DNA from: Sphyrna mokarran | Lineage: Eukaryota | Assembly (NCBI GenBank): GCA_024679065.1 | Contig: JAGIQG010000013.1 | Location: forward strand, 35,216,001-35,280,000 | Direction: 5' to 3' | DNA: 64,000 nucleotides | Part shown: positions 36,649 to 49,841 of the stretch, piece by piece | How positions within the stretch are numbered: the stretch's first letter is position 1 | How the letters are laid out: the number at the start of each line of letters is the position of its first letter | Translations under genes and position numbers: made by a program | The notes under the pieces: model-generated | The model's database searches: none | What the model was told of the DNA's origin: nothing | The model's input: only the letters and a program-made list of their open reading frames with translations

Positions 36649-37030
36649 TGTACGTAAGTGAGCTAGCATTGTTCCCCTTATTACAGTATATCCCAACAGC
36701 CAGTTTCCACCAGTTGGAGATGCAGAGTTTCAGAAGATGCTTGCTGGTCTCTCCACAACTCAATCTGCTGGATCCAATCCAATGAGCTCCTCACATTGAA
36801 AACATCTTGCTACATTAGTTTTTTAACTGCCTGGTATCCTCCTCCCCATTACATACTTCATAAGTTGAGATTCCAGCATTACTACTTTGTTTCAACAATA
36901 CCGCAATGACCATAACATATCCAGTGTTAATCCAGTCTACAGAAAATGTTCCTTTTAGATAATAGGCGGGAAATAGACTGGATACGGGAACAATTTACAG
37001 TCCTCGGGCTTTTCTGATGCAAGTACTTAC

Positions 37031-37432
37031 CCAATGGTGTTACCGTCGCTACAATATGAGCAGACTTCTCTCCGATTCGTTGCCAATCTCCACCCACGTT
37101 CATGATCCATTCACCCACTGTACAACCGTATTCGCCATCGTCCAATATCGCTGAGTTATGAAGCTGCAGCACAAAAGAATCTGGCCGTGGTTTGGTCAGC
37201 CTGATATCTCCATTAGCGACACGCTTACGGTACAGTGTACCAATGACCTGAGTGCCATCCTGTTCCAAGCTGATAATATCAGTGACCTGTTTCTGTTTGT
37301 TGATCAACTGCCAAGTGACAGAAAGACGACTGTGGCTCCTGACGGCCGAACGAACCTCACAGTTGAACTGGAGCGAGTTGCCCTCCAAAACCTTGGTAGT
37401 GTTACTGGTAATTGTTGTACTCAGGCTACTTT
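37031..37432 (-). CDS. IGSF3: IGSF3 coding exon (Ig domain 4)
   Basis: (K)SSLSTTITSNTTKVLEGNSLQFNCEVR...DDGEYGCTVGEWIMNVGGDWQRIGEK; ttcctgcAG acceptor, GTAAGT donor; 402 nt, phase 1-1. Confidence 0.95.
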
Positions 37433-37929
37433 CTGCAGGAAATAAAATACATGTAGTGAAATTGGTAGTTCTGTGGAAAGACAATTATACCAGAGCCAAG
37501 GATCTATCCAGTTTTGGATGATAAGAATCATTATATTTTTTGTTTCATAAGAATTTGTAGCAATGCCAATGAGTAAACCTTTTACAGATAGCTCTTATGA
37601 ATGTTTTTGGATGAGATTTTAATTCTCTTTGAAACAGACAGTAGAAGTAATAGCATATATTATTTGATTAATGTTATTTTCATACTAACAGAAACCTAAT
37701 TATTTTTATTGCTATAAATCTAGGGTAAACTGCTTGGGATTAACATCAAATGTGGCAGAGGAAGGGAACAGAATGGTAGTTAACTGATTTGTTTTGTCTT
37801 TATCCACAGGTTATCTATGATTGACTCTAGATTGGTTGACCAGACGCCACAAGTAATATATCATAGTCCTACTGTGAGAAGAAACACTATTATTTAGTTG
37901 AACCACCAAAATAAAATTTCATTTTTTCA

Positions 37930-38435
37930 AAAGCGATCTACTTCAAACACTGTTTCCCAACTACTGACTCCATCTTTTGTCCTGACAACAATTTGAAATT
38001 AAGTTAGTATGTTGGCAACCTTGGTGCCATATTTGATTCCAAGATGAGCTTCCAATCTTATATTTGAATCCATCACATACTGCCAATTTACACCTCTATA
38101 ACTTTGTCTGACTGCCTGTCTCAGCTCATCTGTTGCTGGAACCCTCATTCTTGTCTTCATCACCTCCAGACTCCTCTATTCTATTGTATTCTTGGCTGGT
38201 CTCCCACATTCTACCCTCCAAAACATGAGATCATCCAAAACCCAGCCATTATGACCCATTCCTCTATCATTCCTATGCTTATTGATTTACATGGGGTTCT
38301 GTCAAACAAGTTCTTGACCTGAAAATGCTCATCGCTCTTTTTAAATCCTCGAATGGTCTTGCACCTCTCTATCTGCAATCTCCTCTAACCCACAACTGTC
38401 TGGAATATCCGTGTTCCTTTAATTCTAGTCACTTG
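37930..38435 (+). mobile_element. L2-clade LINE 3' coding fragment
   Basis: NLGAIFDSKMSF, TLILVFITSRL, LAGLPHSTL, IIQNPA match the L2 C-terminal motifs NLGVIFD / LIHAFITSRLDY / IQNAAA. Confidence 0.8.
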
Positions 38436-38445
38436 TGAATTCCTA

Positions 38446-38830
38446 CGGCACAGTGGTTAGCACTGCTGTCTCACAGCAGCAGGGACCTAAGTTCGATTCT
38501 CCTTGGATGATTGTCTGTGTGCAGTTTGGTGGGTGGGTGGGTGGGTGGGGGGTAGGGGGTGGGCGCCAGGGAGGTGGGGGGGGGGGGGGCGTGTGGGGGG
38601 GGGGGAGTGGGGGGGGCGGGGATGGGCGGGTGTGGGAGCGGGGGCAGGGGTGGGCGAGGGGGGGGGCGGGGTGGAGGGGGGGTGGGGGTGGCAGGGGTGG
38701 GAAGGGAGGACTGAGCAGCTGGAGGAAACATGTAGACATAAGATGAACGTGAAGACTCTGCACAATGACCCAAGCTGGGAACTGAACCCAATTCCCTGAC
38801 ACTGTGAGACAGCAGTGCTAACCACTTTGC
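38446..38830. mobile_element. Two V-SINE 5' halves in inverted orientation separated by a ~180-nt G-rich tract
   Basis: Plus-strand head 38446-38527, G-runs 38528-38707, minus-strand head 38708-38830. Confidence 0.75.
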
Positions 38831-39862
38831 TGCTCTTGACAACACCATCCAAATTATTTTCCGAGGTAAAGTGAAACTTCAAATCAGAAAAAATATCCAG
38901 TTACCTATAGATGCTGACTGCTGTATTGACCATAAATAACAACAGTTACAGAGAATATATTCACGTTATACTTGAGTAAACTGTTTTGATTGGGCTTGCT
39001 GCTGCATAGGAACAGTTCCTTTTGCAATTCTTACATTTAATCAAAGAGAAGAGACAAGCCTGGAAGCTAATGTGCACAATGTTACTGTAATATGTTCATG
39101 CCAAATTCTATTTTAAATGGAGAGATCAACTCACAAAAGGGGGCATGCTGTGGATGGCATAAAAGCTTGGTGCAAGCAATTAAGAGTAAAAATGATCAGA
39201 AATGCAGTTGCTGCCAAATCATTTCTGACTTTTAAATGGCGAATTTGTGAAGCTAGCTCTTTAAAACATAATAATTGGACTTCAGTGAGATTTGGTTTTG
39301 ATTTGAACTGCAATTACAGCATAAATGATAAATCTGGAAACTAAATTTCAAATTTTCAGCAACTGAATAGGGACAGATAGAAGTTCTGATGGGGAAGAGG
39401 TCAGGAGCTCTCTTTATTCCTCCTCTTCATTCTCAGCACATTGCTTTAATGTTGCTGTCTAAATTATCCATCTAATCGTTTTGAAAACCTGAAGCCAATG
39501 TACTTCCAGTGAAAGCACGTCAGTGTGAAGTACTTTCATGATCCTTTTCATTACTTCACAGAAGAAGCACATACTTTCATGCAAAAGAAATTAAAAATCT
39601 GACATTAATACCGTAATGTTTTGCTGCTTTTGTGAAAGTAAAGCTTCCATCACTTTTAGTGGGGGGAAAGATGAAAGGCAAAAACATCAAAGGGAAATGT
39701 TCTCAATAATAACACTGACTAATGATTTCCAGACAACCATTCTGGTCGGACTTTGTTTGTGTTTATTTGAGTAATAAACTGACATCAGAGGCTGTAGGTG
39801 GATCAGCAAGACCTTGCACACTGGGTTGCCACTACAGTGTCTATTTGATGAGCAAACAACTA

Positions 39863-42500
39863 TGGGTGTAATTTACCCAACAAAAAATGACAAGATGTCA
39901 TTTTTGGTGAGAAAATTGCTGCAATTCCCTGCTGGCCCTGGCAGAGCAATCCAGGCCACAATTTTCAGGCACTTAAACAATTTTTTTTCATTTGAAAAGT
40001 GCCACGCTTGAGACGCAAAGCATCTGATTCACCCATCCCGAGGGTCATCTGAGCACTTCAATGAAGGGGGCATGATATTTAAACAGTTCCACAGCATTTG
40101 CTGTCATTGAATCCAAAAGGAAACCAATTCCTTGATTTACGGAAAAGGCTCTCAGCAGTATGCTGTGTGCCCTAGAGGAGAGGCGGGCTACAATCTACCA
40201 TTGGACTGGCAGGTGGACCTCTGGCAAAATAATGAGTCGTACCTGGGAGATGATAAGGTGCAACACTGGCCACTGTCAGTGGCCTGCTCAATGGGGCAAG
40301 TTTGCAATTCAGGGAAAAAAAGATGAATGACCTACTCCAATCAGTCAGAGTAAGTTCTCCCTGTCTCCTCTCTGTACTCCACCTTTCCATCACTCCCCTC
40401 ATTGTCACCTCGATCCTACTGCTGCCACCTTGCAGTGCCCCAGTATCCAACCTCCCACAAGCATCCAAGAGATCGATGATCTAGTGGTATTATCGCAGTG
40501 ACCATTAATCCAAAAACTCTGCTAATATTCTGGAGACCTATGTTTGAATGCTGCCGTGGCACATAGTCGAAATTGAATTCAATTAAAACTACCTGGAATT
40601 AAGAATCTGTTGATGACCATGAAACCAATGTCGATTTCCAGGAAAACCCATCTGGTTTATTAACGTCCTTTAGGGAAGGAAATCTGCCATCCTTATTTGG
40701 TTTGACCTACATGTGATTCCAGAGCCATAGCAATGTGGTTAATTCTCAATTGCTCTCCAAGGACAACTAGAGATGGGCAGTAAATGCTGACCAGCCAGCA
40801 ATGCTCTCGGTATGGACATCAAATCTTGCAAGAGGCCAAAAACAGGACTGTCCCACAAATGAATAACCCACACCCCACCCCAAACTCCGGCACTTCTCAG
40901 GCCCCTCCCTGCTTATGAGCAGATTTCATCAAACTCTGACCCCACCAGGCATTCAGTTCACATTATCCCCATTTATGTTCCTGCAGGAGAAGCTTGCCCC
41001 CAATTGCTGCAAGTGGGAGAAGATGGGCGGTGGGATCCCTGAGCTAGCAACGCTGCCTCCTTTTGAGGAGAGAGCCCTGGAGTTTACAGGGAAGGAGCAG
41101 GGATACGCTTGCACTGAGACAGAGGTGTGCCTCTGGGAGAAAAGTGAGGAGTCCTTGCACCTTCATCCAAATGGCCAAACTCAAGTGGGTTCTGTGTACT
41201 AAATTCATGTCCTTTGCCATGCAGGAACATTATCTGAAGAGCCTGGCTCATCCACTAATAGTATCCCATCATCTACCCTCAACACAACTCAAAGAAGAAC
41301 ACAGATAAAGCATCACAGCCATTACCTGCACCATCCACCGTGCAGTGACTCACACTTTGGTTGGTGAAGTTAGCAGCAGGCTTCTGGGGCACTATCTGGT
41401 GAGCACCACGCAGCTTCTGATGCACATCAGATGGAGGCAGGAACATCCTAGGGATCAGACAGTTGGAGGTCTGCTGGATTGCGGAACACAGCTGTGCCCC
41501 AGCCAGGTGCTGTGTCTCCAGATATGTTTGTCTCTCAGCAGATGTAGATGCAAAGGCAGAGCCAGAGAAAGCAGAAGGGAATGTCAGCTACATTCCTGAG
41601 ATTACTGTGGGATGAATCCCAAAGCCTTTTATCACAGAGAATTTGCTGACACTGCACGGCACCCAGGCCAGCTGTGCAATAGTGGTCTCTATAGAGGAAA
41701 CCCTGGGGCAAGAGGTCAGATCAATGACGGGAGAACTCTGAAAGACTGGGTTAGTCCTTGGGACCATTGCTGTCCCATCTCCAGACAGGATTGGCCCTGG
41801 CCTGTTCCCTTGCCCATTTAGACTCACTCTTAGCCTCCCATCTGGTTCTGTCCTCCCTTCTGCTCTCTAACAGTAGTGGTTTTGACAGGGGATGAGATGC
41901 TCACACATCGCCAATGGGCACGGTAAACTGAACGTGATGACCCCCTTAGGAATAATGGTTCCTGAATGGCAGGCATAGAGTCTGACATAGATGCCTCTTG
42001 ATGCTGTGCAACCAAGCATTGAACCCTGAATAATCTTTGACATTGAGGTTGCAGACAGCTGATATTGTTCAGTATTGTCTCTTGATGGCCAATTGTTTCA
42101 TGAGCAGAAGCCTCAGGAATGTTAGAGGGCATAATCTCATTCAGGCTGCATCATTCCAAGATCTCATTGCTGTCATTGCCTCTATACTGAAGACTCCAGG
42201 ACAGCTTCTCCAGAATTGTGCCCCTCCCTAGCCTGTATTTATAACTCCTGTCAGGAGTTATGGCACTTGGTTTCCATTTTTAAAGAGCAGTAGCAATTTG
42301 CACTGGCTGAAGATGTGAAATTAACAATGGTAATAGATTCAAATTCATGCAAATCATGTTCGCACCCTTCCTGAGTGTGAAATTGATCACGTCATTGAGA
42401 AGGGCCTGGGAAGATCGTGATTGAAAGCTCGCTGGCACAAATCCCGTTTTTGGTCTCTTGCGAGATTTGGCAGCGATGTTGAAGGTGGTCAATAAATCCC
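39863..42500. mobile_element. Decayed, internally deleted Harbinger element
   Basis: Plus-strand Myb/SANT exons ...QFREKKMNDLLQSVR|gtaag (donor 40350) and cag|EKLAPNCCKWEKMGGGIPELATLPPFEERALEF (from 40987); weak transposase remnants on the minus strand ~41820-42150. Confidence 0.72.
40483..40810 (+). mobile_element. tRNA-SINE 'family B' inserted in the Harbinger Myb intron
   Basis: agtggtattatcgc...taatcc head, gaccatgaaacc, tttagggaaggaaatctgcc, gatgggcagtaaatgctg tail. Confidence 0.8.
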
Positions 42501-42519
42501 CTGTGCCATCACTCAGAAA

Positions 42520-43055
42520 CAAAAGAACAAAGAAAATTATAGCACGTGAAAGGCTCTTCGGCCCTCCAATTCCGCATGGACCATTATGCATGCCTGAATT
42601 AAAATCCCCTACCCTTCCGGGGACCATATCCCTCTATTCCCATCCTATTCATGTATTTGTCAAGACGCTCCATAAAAGTCACTATTATATCTGCTTCCAT
42701 TACCTCCCCCAGCAGCAAGTTCCAGGCCCCCACCAGTCTCTGTGTTAAAAAACTTGCCTTATACATCTCTTTTAAACCTTGTCCATCGCACCTTAAACCT
42801 GTGCCCTCTAGTAATTAATTCTTCCACCCTGGGAAAAAGCTTCTGATTATCCACTCTGTCCATACCCCTCATAATCTTGCAGACTTCTATCAGGTCACCC
42901 CTCAACCTCTGTCATTCCAGTGAGAGCAAACTAAATTTCTCCAGCCTCTCCTCATAGCTAATGCCTTACATATCAGGCAACATCCTGGCAAATCTTTTCT
43001 GTACCCTCTCCAAAGCCTCCACATCTTTCTGGTAGTGTGGTGACCAGAGTTCTTA
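42520..43055 (-). mobile_element. CR1 3' fragment
   Basis: Reverse complement of WSPHYQKDVEALERVQKRF...RLRGDLIEV and 3' tail. Confidence 0.9.
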
Positions 43056-43650
43056 CAAACACATGCTTTGTAATACGATTGCTGCATAACAGCAAAACTC
43101 AAGTGATAAGAATGAGTGGGTGAGCTTTTAGCCCCTGTGACATTGGTTGTGTTTCATTCCTCTCTCTAAAAAGGTCCAAATTACCCCCTTCCTTTAATTA
43201 TACATCTGTTTTTTAAGTATGTTCTGGATCTGATAACTGGGCCTTACTAAACCCAGATTCCTTTGCGAAGAGTTATTAAAAACAAGCAGACCCTTATGTA
43301 ACCATGGGAAAGTTTTTTTAACAGTTTCTTTCTGTACTGATAAGAGCTGCGTCACTAAGCAACAGTATTTCCACACAGCCTGAAGCAGCCTTGACAGTAT
43401 GATAACTGCAACTTAACTCTGATTAGATACTTTAGTTTAAAATATGAGACAACATTAGTTGCAAAGAAAGACCGCCTGTGCCGAAAAGCACCCTAACTAG
43501 AGGCACTACTGCCTCAAATCAATTTCTTTGTCTGACTGAAAATGTACACAAAAGAATGCTGGAATTGCTCTGCAGTTATTCCAAGCTATCAAAAGATCAC
43601 ATAACGTCAATTCTTCAAGGGAGAGAAGCAATTTTTGGACAGTTACTTAC

Positions 43651-44040
43651 TGACAGGTTGGACATTGATTAAAACTTTAGTAGATTTGTTGGTGTGCCTG
43701 GCAATGAACTCTCCTGTCACCGTTTTCTCATGCTCAGTGGCTCGACAATGGTATTTGCCACTGTCCTCCAGCTGAACATGGTAGATTTTCAGTAGGTAGG
43801 TTGTATCTGTCTCCTTTGCAAACCTCACGTATCCCAGATGATCTCTGGCTGTGTATTCAACTTTGACTGTCGGTACAGCATTGCGGCCAATGTTGGCAAT
43901 TGGCGTGCCGTTAAAAATCCACAGCACAGAGAAATATCGTTCCTGTATGTTTTGAGCTTCAATGACGCATCTTAATTCCATGGTGTCTCCAGCTGTGAAA
44001 ACTCTCCTTTCATTCTCCAGCTGAACACTGAAGCTCTTAT
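43651..44040 (-). CDS. IGSF3: IGSF3 coding exon (Ig domain 3)
   Basis: (D)KSFSVQLENERRVFTAGDTMELRCVIEAQNIQERYFSVLWIFN...EDSGKYHCRATEHEKTVTGEFI; EKTVTGEFI is as in human IGSF3. ttacAG acceptor, GTAAGT donor; 390 nt, in frame with neighbouring exons. Confidence 0.95.
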
Positions 44041-44254
44041 CTGTAACAGAACGTGAATATGCAGATAAAATTAGAGCATGGGAATTCAGCAGTGAAGAAT
44101 TGCAACCAAAAGCTGGTTTGTTATTCCCCGGACTGTCTCAGATTGTTCCCCATATCAGCAGACTGCAGTTTGTCCTCCAAAGCCTCTTTGCCTCCATTCA
44201 AAAGATTCTGAGTCTTGCTGGGATATTATACCTCTCCAGTGTAGCACTGCCATA

Positions 44255-44800
44255 GAGTCATAGACATAATGGCACAGAAGGAGGCCATTCAGTCCATTGA
44301 GTCGATGTCAGCTTTCCAAAAGAGCAATCCGCTCAGTCCATTCTTCCAAGTGTCTACTCAATTTCCTTGTGAAGTCATTGATTAAGACTTCCACCAGCTT
44401 CATAGGCATTGAGTTCAAATAATTACACTTGCTCCATAATAAAGTTCCTCCTCGCATCACACTCCTGCTCTTCCCCCCTCCCCCAGCCACCGTATCTCTT
44501 GCACAAAACATTAGATGTGTCCACTTATCCTCGTACCATCAGCTAGTTGGAACCGGTTTTGTTATTTTATTCAAACCTGTCATAATCCTGTACACCTCTA
44601 TCAAAAGTCCCTTAATTTTCTTTTGCTCCAAGGAGGATAATGCCAGCTTTTCCCCCCTGACCTTGTCACTAACATCGCAGGAATCATGGTGGTAAATCAT
44701 CTCCTTCCTAAAGTGGGATGACCAAAACGGATGCAATACTCCAGTTATGGTCTAATAAAAGCTTTATGAAGATTCAACATGTCTTCTCTGCAGCACTTCT
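44255..44800 (-). mobile_element. Old CR1 3' fragment
   Basis: FWSSHFRKE...SLEQKKIKGLLIEVYRIMTG. Confidence 0.8.
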
Positions 44801-45605
44801 ATTTTTATGAAGTACAAGATCTCATTTGCATTGTTATTGGAATGGTCATTCCGGCTGAATCAGCCAAACAGCAAGTGCGAACTAACAGGCCTAAGCTTTT
44901 CCGATTAGGCAGATGGCCTGATGTAGGCAGGAACTGCATGGTGCCTGCACATAGGGGTGGTTGGTGAGACCACCCTCTGACATCACAGGTGGCCTGTGCA
45001 GCGGCACCAGGAATGTGGACATGTCTGATGAAGTTAAGGGCCTTGCAGCCTACATGAGATAGGCATAAATATATTTTTAAAAAGACAGTACTGAGTACTC
45101 CAGGAAGATTGATAGGACTGCAGGAACTGCCTATCCTGCTTGTGACCCCTGCCTCTTTTGCTTTAACAAAGTGACTCAACACTCACTCTTCCCCTCTAGC
45201 CCCCAGCCCTCAGCCCCTAGGAAGTTGCATCTGTTTAGCCTCTTAAAACAACAGGAAGTCAATTCATTCACTTACATACACATCAAAAAACCAGTGTCAC
45301 TGAAACAGCAATGAGATACAGAACCCTTCCCTGAGCTGTTGAATGAATACAGTTGAAACTGGCTGCCAAATTGGCAAGTGCGTTACCATCTCAACCAAGC
45401 ATTTGTTTAAGCAACTGAACTGGACTCATCCTCCAATATTTCTTCTCCAGCCTCTTACTTAGCCTTTGCTTGGCATCAATGGCCACCACAGTTTGAATTT
45501 CAGAACACACAACCATCAGGAGATAACCATCCTTTGCTGCTCTGGAACCCTTACTTTGACCTGCTAGCTTTGCCCTTTTCACAACTTATATGCTAATAAC
45601 ACACT

Positions 45606-46117
45606 GGACTGGAGTTTTTGGGTGGTAGGGTGTTCTGCCCTGCCAACTAAAGCGTCAATGCTGCAGCCATTTAAACATTCAGTGGGGCACTAATTGGCTA
45701 AGGTCAAGACTTCTGTCCCCATCTTCGAGGAGAAGTGTCATCTTAGGGAATAGTCCCAATATATTCCCAGCAACTTTGGGCATGAGTGGTGGCCACAGCT
45801 GGGACTGCAGCCAATCCCTGAAAAAGAGGAGCTAACAGAAACCTAGCTGAAAATATGTTTGTCATATTGGCGAGGCCCAGATAGAGGAATAAGTGGAATG
45901 CGAGGCTGGGCTTGACAACCTGGGGTGACAGGGAGAAGAAAGTGTGAAAGCGGTTGCCTTTGATGGGTACAAGGGACTCCAGAAGGAGGTACAACACCTC
46001 TCCCCTTGCCCGACACCAGCTGCTGCAGCTAAAGCTGACACTTAAGGCCCTCAGATCAAGGCCAGCCAGGTAGGTAGGCGGACCATGTGCTGCTGGAGAA
46101 GGATAAAATTCTGCCCA
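45606..46117. mobile_element. Decayed MITE-like element
   Basis: Ends ggactggagtttt / aaaattctgccc are imperfect TIRs; similar GC-rich relics at ~4400-4950 and ~17803-18170. Confidence 0.45.
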
Positions 46118-46180
46118 TTATTCTCTATAAATTAATTTAATAGCTATACTGGTTACTACCTTTGAGTGGTAACTACTTAC

Positions 46181-46588
46181 CAGTAGCTTTTATATTCACC
46201 ATGGTTTTGTCAGTGCGTTTGGTAGCTATGGTGTACCAAGACCTGTCCGGATCTTGGATCCATTCTCTAGCCTCACAATAGAACTCTCCTTGATCAGATG
46301 CTTGCAGTTGGTAGATGGTGAGCTTGAACGAGGTCACTCCAATCTTATCCAGTCGTATATCTCCTGATGTCTGTCTCTGCTTAAATGACTCTCCAGAACG
46401 TAGGATAAAATCTCGTGTTAGAGCGATGACCTTGAGATTCTGATCTCCCTTCTGTAGGTACCATGCGACAGCCACGTGCGTGTGCTGGAATGTTTGCTTG
46501 GATACTTCACAGACCAGTTCCAGGGAGTCACCTTCTACTTTATTCAGGGTCTGTGGTACCGATACTGCACTCAGCGTGTCTGGAATGA
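46181..46588 (-). CDS. IGSF3: IGSF3 coding exon (Ig domain 2)
   Basis: Translation VIPDTLSAVSVPQTLNKVEGDSLELVCEV...RLDKIGVTSFKLTIYQLQASDQGEFYCEAREWIQDPDRSWY matches IGSF3 Ig2 as recalled, including the EWI motif. Acceptor tttctcttccAG, donor G|GTAAGT; 408 nt, phase 1-1. Confidence 0.95.
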
Positions 46589-47042
46589 CTGGAAGAGAAA
46601 GAGACAAAAATGAACAATAGGGTGCACACATACTCAACATTAATTTTAAAAAATGAAGTTAGTGTCAGAGTACCTGAAAATTTGATTCCTAATAATTTGA
46701 GTATAAGGTTTGTTTAATTTCTCAGATGATCAATTTAATACACTTTGCAAGCCTGGGGAAGTAAAACCAGGAACTGCCTGTCTCATAACTCTGAAATATG
46801 CTGAATTCTAAAGCCCCTGGAGATTGGTTATAGGACACTGTTGATCCTCAGCATGGAAGTGCTCACAGATTAGTACTCTTCTTTACAGTTAAGGAATGTA
46901 ATAGCTGGGATATGAAAGTTGAGTGAGAAAAATACATTGAGTGAGAAACTAGAGAAGGAATGGAGGTTTGCATTATTCACTGTTTGGTGGGAAGTGGAGG
47001 CAGTGAAATTAGCCAATGGACTTTTTTAATAGTGGTATTAGA

Positions 47043-47279
47043 TTCATAGAATCCCTGCAGTGCTGGAGGTGGCCATTCAGGCCCTAAACCCATAAAACCC
47101 ATTCACTAAGAGGCAATTTAGCATAGCCAATCAATCTAACCCACACATCTTTGGTCTGTGGGAGGAAACCCACGTAGACATGGGAAAAATGTGCAAACTT
47201 CACACAGACAGTGATTCAAGCCTGGATTTGAACTCAGGTCCCCAGCACTGCAAGGCAGCAGTGCTAACCACTGTGCCGC
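47043..47279 (-). mobile_element. HE1-like V-SINE
   Basis: Head and V-domain on the minus strand. Confidence 0.85.
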
Positions 47280-48939
47280 TCATACTCATATTCTTTCACT
47301 TTCTAAGGATTACAGCATTAATGTTGACACATGCGTGAACTGGTCTGAAACTATCAGGAGATATTAATACATTTTCTGAAATGAGAGAGAGAAATTTCAG
47401 ACAAATGCATTAAGCATTTGTTATTTTTATCTAATGCTGTAATTCCAATACACGACTAAGTAAAAAGCATTAAGTTCCAGATGGTCACGGCAGCTTTCCA
47501 GGACATTTTGTTACCTAATGTCTATGTGTTATGGATCACTGAGGCCCAGCAAGATTTTAAAACTGCTAAGTCCCAGATCTAAGCAGATGCTCTGCTGAAA
47601 GGAATAGACATTAGTTTCAGCAATGTCATGCAAGTGTTCTATTGATTTCCAGGGCTAACCGGAGTTTGCAAATTTGACTGAAAATGTCCATAGGCACATC
47701 TTTGTCACCTGCTTCTTCCATGTAGATCAGGTTCTTACTCTCCACTGTGTGTGAGGTTATGGTTGCCTGGAGGCAATCTCCATCACTTCTCATCATCCCC
47801 CAGAATCAACGATGCCCCTCTTGTCTACTTGACCCTTTGTGCAATCTTTTAAAAACCTCACCCTTGCTTCAGAGATCCAGCTATTTCTGTCATGTATTGG
47901 GATAAAGTGAAAAGTATTTTATCTTGCACCGTATACAGACAAAGCATAACATTCATAGAGTACATACGGGAGAAGGAAAGGAGAATATGGTGCGGGTGCA
48001 GAATATAGTGTTGCAGTCATAGCTAGGGTCTAGAGAACATTATTGGAAAATTTAAAAGAGTTAGAATGCAGTTTTAAAAGCATAGAACGAGAGTAAAAGA
48101 TAAGATTAGACTGTTTGCTGGGGACAGCAAATCAATCAGTTTTTTTGATACATTCAAGATGGTGAAGTTGCCATACTGTGACTTCTTTAAATGATCGTTA
48201 AACTCTAGGATAAGTACACAAGGAAACTAGAGTGCCATCGTGGTCACTGGGATTATTTAATTTCTTATTATGAACATGTTAGAAGAAATATTGTATTTAA
48301 TTCAAACGGCTTCAGTTGTGTTCTTTTTGCTTGATACTAAATTCATTAGCTCAAATTATTCTAACAATTTACACTATCAATAATTTGTAATTATAATTTT
48401 TTTTAACACTTAACATGCAAATTGAAATAGAAAAGTTGTTCATGGGATGTGGGCATCACTGGTCAGGCCAGTATTGATTATCTATCCCTAATTGTCACTG
48501 AGAAAGTGGTGGTGAGTTGATTTCTTCAACCATGTGCTGCAGTCCATTTAATGTAATACATCCACAGTGCTATTAGGAAGGCTCATGAATTTTGATCCAG
48601 CTGAGCTGCAGGAACAGAGATAATAGTACCAAGTGAGGAGAGTATGTGGCTTTGAGAAGAGCTTGGAGGTGGTGGTTTTCCTATTTGTCTGCTGTCCCTG
48701 TCCTTCTGAGTAGTGGTTGTCATGGGCTTGGAAGGTGCCGTGGATAGAGACTTGATGAGTTGCTGCAGTGCGTCTTGTAGATGGTATACCACTGTATGTT
48801 GGTGGTGGAGGGAGTCATGGTCATAGAGTCATAGGGTGGAATTTTCCTGTCCTGCCCACCACGGAAATCGTAGTGGGTGGGAGACAGACCATACAAAGAT
48901 GGGTTGACCTTGGGTGGGATTTTCTGGTCTTGGGGCGAT

Positions 48940-49492
48940 ACTTTTAAAGGTTGTAAGGCTTCCAGCCTCCACTACCTTCCCAGGCAGTGCATTCCAGATT
49001 ATCACCACCCTCTGACTGTTTTTTCTCAAATCCTCTGAATCTCTTGCCTCTCACACTAAGACAATGATTGACCTCAAGCAAGGGGTGTAGTTAATTCATA
49101 TTCACTCTAATCAAACCCCTCAATCTTATACACCTCAATCATGTCTCCCCTCAGCCTTCTCTGCTCTAAAGAAAATAAGCCAAGCCTATCCAGTTTTTCC
49201 TTATAGCTCAAATAGTCCATCCCAGGCAACATCCTTGTGACTCTCTGTACCCCCTCTAATGCTATCACATCCTTCCTAGTGTGAGGTGACCAGAACTGTA
49301 CACAGTTTTCCAACTGTAGCCTAACCAACATTCTATAAAGTTCCAACATAACCTCCTTTTTCTTATTTTCTATGTTACAACTAACAAACGGAAGTGTCCC
49401 ATATGCCTTCTTAACTACCATTTTGACCAGCTCGGCAACTTTTGGGGATCTGTGAATAAGTACCCCAAGATTCATCTGTTCCTCTGAGCTTC
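48940..49492 (-). mobile_element. CR1 fragment nested in the old LINE
   Basis: KKAYGTLPFV...LVRLQLENCVQFWSP...RRLRGDMIEVYKI. Confidence 0.9.
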
Positions 49493-49841
49493 AAGGATAT
49501 GGAGTGGATGTCATGGGGTGCCAATCAAGCGGTCTTGTTTTTTGTGCTGAATTGTGTCAAGTTTCTTGATTGTCGATGGAATTGCGCTCATCCAGGCAAG
49601 TTGAGAGTATTCCATTACACTCCTGATTTGTGTTTTGTAGATGATGGGAAAGCTTTGGGGAGTCGGGCAGTAAGTTGTTCGCTGCAGAATTTCTTATCTC
49701 TACGCTGCTTCCGTAGCCACAGTATTTATTTGGCCGATTAAGCTCAGATTCTGGTCAATGGTAACCATAAAATGTCGATAGTTGAGGATTTGGCAATGAT
49801 AACGCCAGTTTCAAGGAAAGATGGTGAGACTGTCTTGTTGG

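Noticed and set aside
38435-38882. Gly- and Pro-rich ORFs
   Set aside because: Translations of the G-run tract and SINE heads.
34684-46588. Alternative identity as CD101/IGSF2, PTGFRN or IGSF8
   Set aside because: Motifs such as EKTVTGEFI, SDQGEFYCEA.EWIQDPD and EAGKYQC.AELW, and the domain order, match IGSF3 as recalled.
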